NCBI GenBank assembly: GCA_964019425.1
Contig: OZ025781.1
Span: 1,426,001-1,490,000 of the forward strand
DNA: 64,000 nt
Reading direction: 5' to 3'
From: Flectonema sp. DT1601
Lineage: Eukaryota
Part shown: positions 61,143 through 64,000 of the stretch, one piece after another
Position numbering within the stretch: the stretch's first letter is position 1
Layout: each line of letters opens with the position of its first letter
Translations under genes and position numbers: made by a program
Notes under the pieces: generated by a model
Seen by the model: only the letters and a program-made list of their open reading frames with translations
What the model was told of the DNA's origin: nothing
Databases searched by the model: none

Positions 61143-61574
61143 TCTTGTCTTCATATTGCACTTCTTTATGGCACGAAAAAAAACAAAACTACAAAAAAAC
61201 AACAAAAAAAACTGGATTTCTATTTTATTTTCTATCTTCAAACGAACTCTCAACTCGTTTTGTTTCTTTTCTTTTCTTTCTTCATTCTGCTGGTCTAGTG
61301 TAGCGATGTAAAAAAAAAGTAGTATATGAAGAAATAACAAAAAAAAAGAAAAGAATGATATCAACGGGGGTCGGGTCGGGTTGACTTGGAAAGTAAAAAT
61401 CACAAAAAAAAAAAAAAAAAAAAAAAAACTTTTTAAAATCATAAAATACAATAACAACACTCACTACTTTCATTCAGGATACTAAAGAAGAAAAACAAGC
61501 AAATGCGCTTCGGACATCTTATTTGAGACCTACTTTTAGTCAAAATAAAACTTTTCAACCTCAGCTTTGATAAT

Positions 61575-62849
61575 ATGAAAATGAACATTACGATGTTGTT
61601 AACCATTGCGTCTCTACTAATTGGAGGAGTAGCGCCGTTTGATTTTACTGCAGCGACGATGGCCGACCAGTATATTGACTTAAATACGAGGGAATACATG
61701 GCTTCTGTTAAGCTAAACTCGAATGACATTTATGGTTGGGGTCCTAGTACTGCAGTTGTTAAAGGTGGGTTTGTTTTAGTATGGATATCTTCTTATTCTG
61801 ATGAGAGTGGCAGACATCAGCTAATAGCCAAGTTCTATACATCGAGAGTTTTGGAAGTTCCCAATGCTGTTATTGTTTTATGTAACGTATACCCAAGGTT
61901 ACCACCAAAAATAGCAGCCTCATACAGCACGGGATTAGTACATGTTGTTTACCAAGTAGGGACGTTAATGGTAACCTCCCAGTTGATAGTTGAGAATAAC
62001 GGCATCACTCTCACATCTGGTGAATGCCCCGTAGACACACCCGACATGACATATTTGTACCAACACGCGATTGCAGCTTCTTATGACGAGTCCTTTTTTG
62101 TTACGGCTTCAGTCAATACGTTACCTTCACAACAAACTAACGGGATTACATTAGACTTTTTTGTCAATGGAAGAACTTACCAGTGGCACAGAGTACTTCC
62201 ATACAAATTCTCTTGGCAATCCCGTCCTGATGTAGCCGTCTTGAATAATGGAAATATTCTTGTAGTGTGGCAGCAGTATGCCGGACTCACAATCTCGGGA
62301 CATATTTTTACTAGAACAGGATTATCAATCGGTGAGACATTCCAAGTAGACGCTGGTAATGAAATGGGAGGTGTTGGAGAACCTTTTATTATAACTAAGA
62401 AAATGAGTTCTGGTTTTATCATCCTGTGGAAGGAAGACTCTGAGATGGCTACTTCGCAAAAAGATCCGACTCCAGGGATCTGGCTTCGTGAGTTTACAGA
62501 AAATGGTGAATATATTCTCGAAGAACCATTCACTGTGAGGTTAGTCCGTTCAGAGTTATCACAAGGTACTGGATTCATCCCAACTGGACTGATGGGAGCA
62601 ACCGACTCAAATTTAGTTGTTGTCTGGTTAGAAGGAACTACTTTAAACGTCGACATGTTTAGCTTACAACATGATGGAACTTATGCGATGCGTCTCAAAG
62701 GTAGCACCGGCCAGATACATGTCACACCCGGTTTTGGCAATATCGCAAAACCAGCGTTGCCACTGATTGGTGACGAATTTGGGTTTTCAATCATTGCTTC
62801 ATTCGGACCATCAGATCCCCTTTTACTTTATACTTTATATAATTATTAA
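61575..62849 (+). CDS. Predicted secreted, beta-strand-rich protein (424 aa) with degenerate 'P-x-VA-x-L-x-x-G-x-F/I-VVW' repeats
   Basis: Hydrophobic N-terminus (MLLTIASLLIGGVAP) resembles a signal peptide. Repeats: PSTAVVKGGFVLVWIS, QSRPDVAVLNNGNILVVWQQ...GETFQVD, MSSGFIILWKE, DSNLVVVWLE. Long uninterrupted ORF. Confidence 0.82.
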   Translation: MKMNITMLLTIASLLIGGVAPFDFTAATMADQYIDLNTREYMASVKLNSNDIYGWGPSTAVVKGGFVLVWISSYSDESGRHQLIAKFYTSRVLEVPNAVIVLCNVYPRLPPKIAASYSTGLVHVVYQVGTLMVTSQLIVENNGITLTSGECPVDTPDMTYLYQHAIAASYDESFFVTASVNTLPSQQTNGITLDFFVNGRTYQWHRVLPYKFSWQSRPDVAVLNNGNILVVWQQYAGLTISGHIFTRTGLSIGETFQVDAGNEMGGVGEPFIITKKMSSGFIILWKEDSEMATSQKDPTPGIWLREFTENGEYILEEPFTVRLVRSELSQGTGFIPTGLMGATDSNLVVVWLEGTTLNVDMFSLQHDGTYAMRLKGSTGQIHVTPGFGNIAKPALPLIGDEFGFSIIASFGPSDPLLLYTLYNY

Positions 62850-63521
62850 TAACTTCATCACATACTGTACAAGTCAGGTATGGGCTACCTAGTCACTGAT
62901 CTTGTATTCGAGTTGTCTTTATTTTCTTACTACCCATCTCTCGTAACTGAGAACAGTATTTGTTATCTACCAAAGGATGGTTATTCACAGCTTCATTCTC
63001 GTATTCACGTATTGCTCTCTCTCGTTGTTGCTTATTCTTTCAATCCTCTGTCGTGGGTGGGTTGTAGTTTTATTTAACTCACGCTTGTGTCCTTCCTGCA
63101 CTGTTTTACACTCCGGGTGGTGGTGTTTGTGACTGTTAGAGGATTATATTACACTTTAAGATGAGTGTTCCCAACTTGTTTTTTTCTTTCCTCTCTTTGA
63201 AATGATAGCAATTTTTTTGATACTTAGAATGTAGCGGACTCGTAGTTGGGTCTTGTGTTTTAATACATATTTCTTGGTCTTTTACCACATGTTTGGTTTT
63301 TTTTTCTCTCGTTCTTTTAAAATAGTTCGCTCTTATCCACATAATCTGCGTTGTGGATTGAGTTGCGTATTAACAGCATGGTACACGTTCTCTTGTGCTT
63401 TGATTTGCACTGTATGCTGCTGATGTAGTCTTCCTCTCTGTTTTTTTTTCAGCTTGCACAGTGGTTTAGTTCTCCCTCGAGCACAGCTGTTGCGATTGTT
63501 TTATTTTTTTTACTTCGACGA

Positions 63522-63606
63522 AGTCGGAGAAAGAAACTATTCAGATTAAGAGTCGTGTGCGGTTCAGTATAACTGTCTGTGATCAAGAAGTCTTATCTGA
63601 ATAGTT
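63522..63606. mobile_element. Short element with terminal inverted repeats, copy 2
   Basis: AACTATTCAGATTAAGA (63535-63551) pairs with TCTTATCTGAATAGTT (63591-63606); same 5' end as the copy at 43181. Confidence 0.6.
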
Positions 63607-63762
63607 ATTAGTTTTATCTACACTACTTTAATGTTGGTCGTGGCTGTGTGCGCCACATCTCCATCTACCGAGAAAACAAAAAACTGATACCAGTAATTTA
63701 GGTAACTAAGTTAGCTCTTCATCACATTATTTATAACACTTAACAGATAATAATAAATCACA

Positions 63763-64000
63763 ATGGTAGTCACTGCTCGGATGTCTCCTCCACCAATGGG
63801 AATGCTAGGTATAGATATGTTAGAAACAAGAGGACAAATAAATAGTTTGCATACTCGAGTTAAATCACTACAAGCTAGAGTTGAGTCGAGGGGAATGATG
63901 GGTCCTCCAAAGCCATTTGGAAGTAAAGGATCGACAATAATATCTCCAATGCCTCCTTGTTGTAAAAATGTAAGTCCACCACCACCTGCAATGAGCCCTC
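63763..64000 (+). CDS. 5' part of a Pro/Ser-rich protein (MVVTARMSPPPMGMLGIDMLETRGQINSLHTRVKSLQARVESRG...), running off the window
   Basis: ATG at 63763 after a TAACAG acceptor (63746) and an A-rich leader; 79 codons open to the window end. Not in the ORF track because it has no stop. Possible 45-nt 5'-UTR intron at 63702-63746. Confidence 0.7.
   Translation, partial: MVVTARMSPPPMGMLGIDMLETRGQINSLHTRVKSLQARVESRGMMGPPKPFGSKGSTIISPMPPCCKNVSPPPPAMSP

Noticed and set aside
61366..61381. GGGGGTCGGGTCGGG as a G-quadruplex
   Set aside because: Only three G3 tracts; not enough for a canonical intramolecular G4.

Overview
AT-rich eukaryotic nuclear DNA with dense poly(A)/poly(T) tracts. It is probably a protist. 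The uS13/S18 sequence (...RKKDPKTG...) and the co-oriented genes with uninterrupted CDSs suggest a euglenozoan such as a diplonemid, but this is inference only. All credible protein genes lie on the + strand in two clusters. Left: a CH + GAS2/GAR cytoskeletal linker (5' truncated by the window), a divergent APC8/CDC23 and a 137-aa orphan. Right: a peroxisomal SLC25A17/PMP34-type carrier, RPS18, a secreted protein with bacterial-type beta-repeats and a partial Pro-rich ORF. Between them is a ~51.7-kb stretch with no credible ORF, which is not random sequence. It holds (i) about nine co-oriented copies of a ~170-bp SINE-like element, most with a (TAAA)n/poly-A tail, whose hairpin shows compensatory base changes between copies; (ii) a ~350-bp tandem array of double-hairpin units, including C(UUCG)G tetraloops and covarying stems; (iii) a small terminal-inverted-repeat element that recurs near the window end; and (iv) many isolated short perfect inverted repeats. 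The structured, strand-biased repeat family and the hairpin array are the best candidates for an undescribed RNA-level system. The many short Phe/Lys-rich ORFs in the track are homopolymer artefacts.
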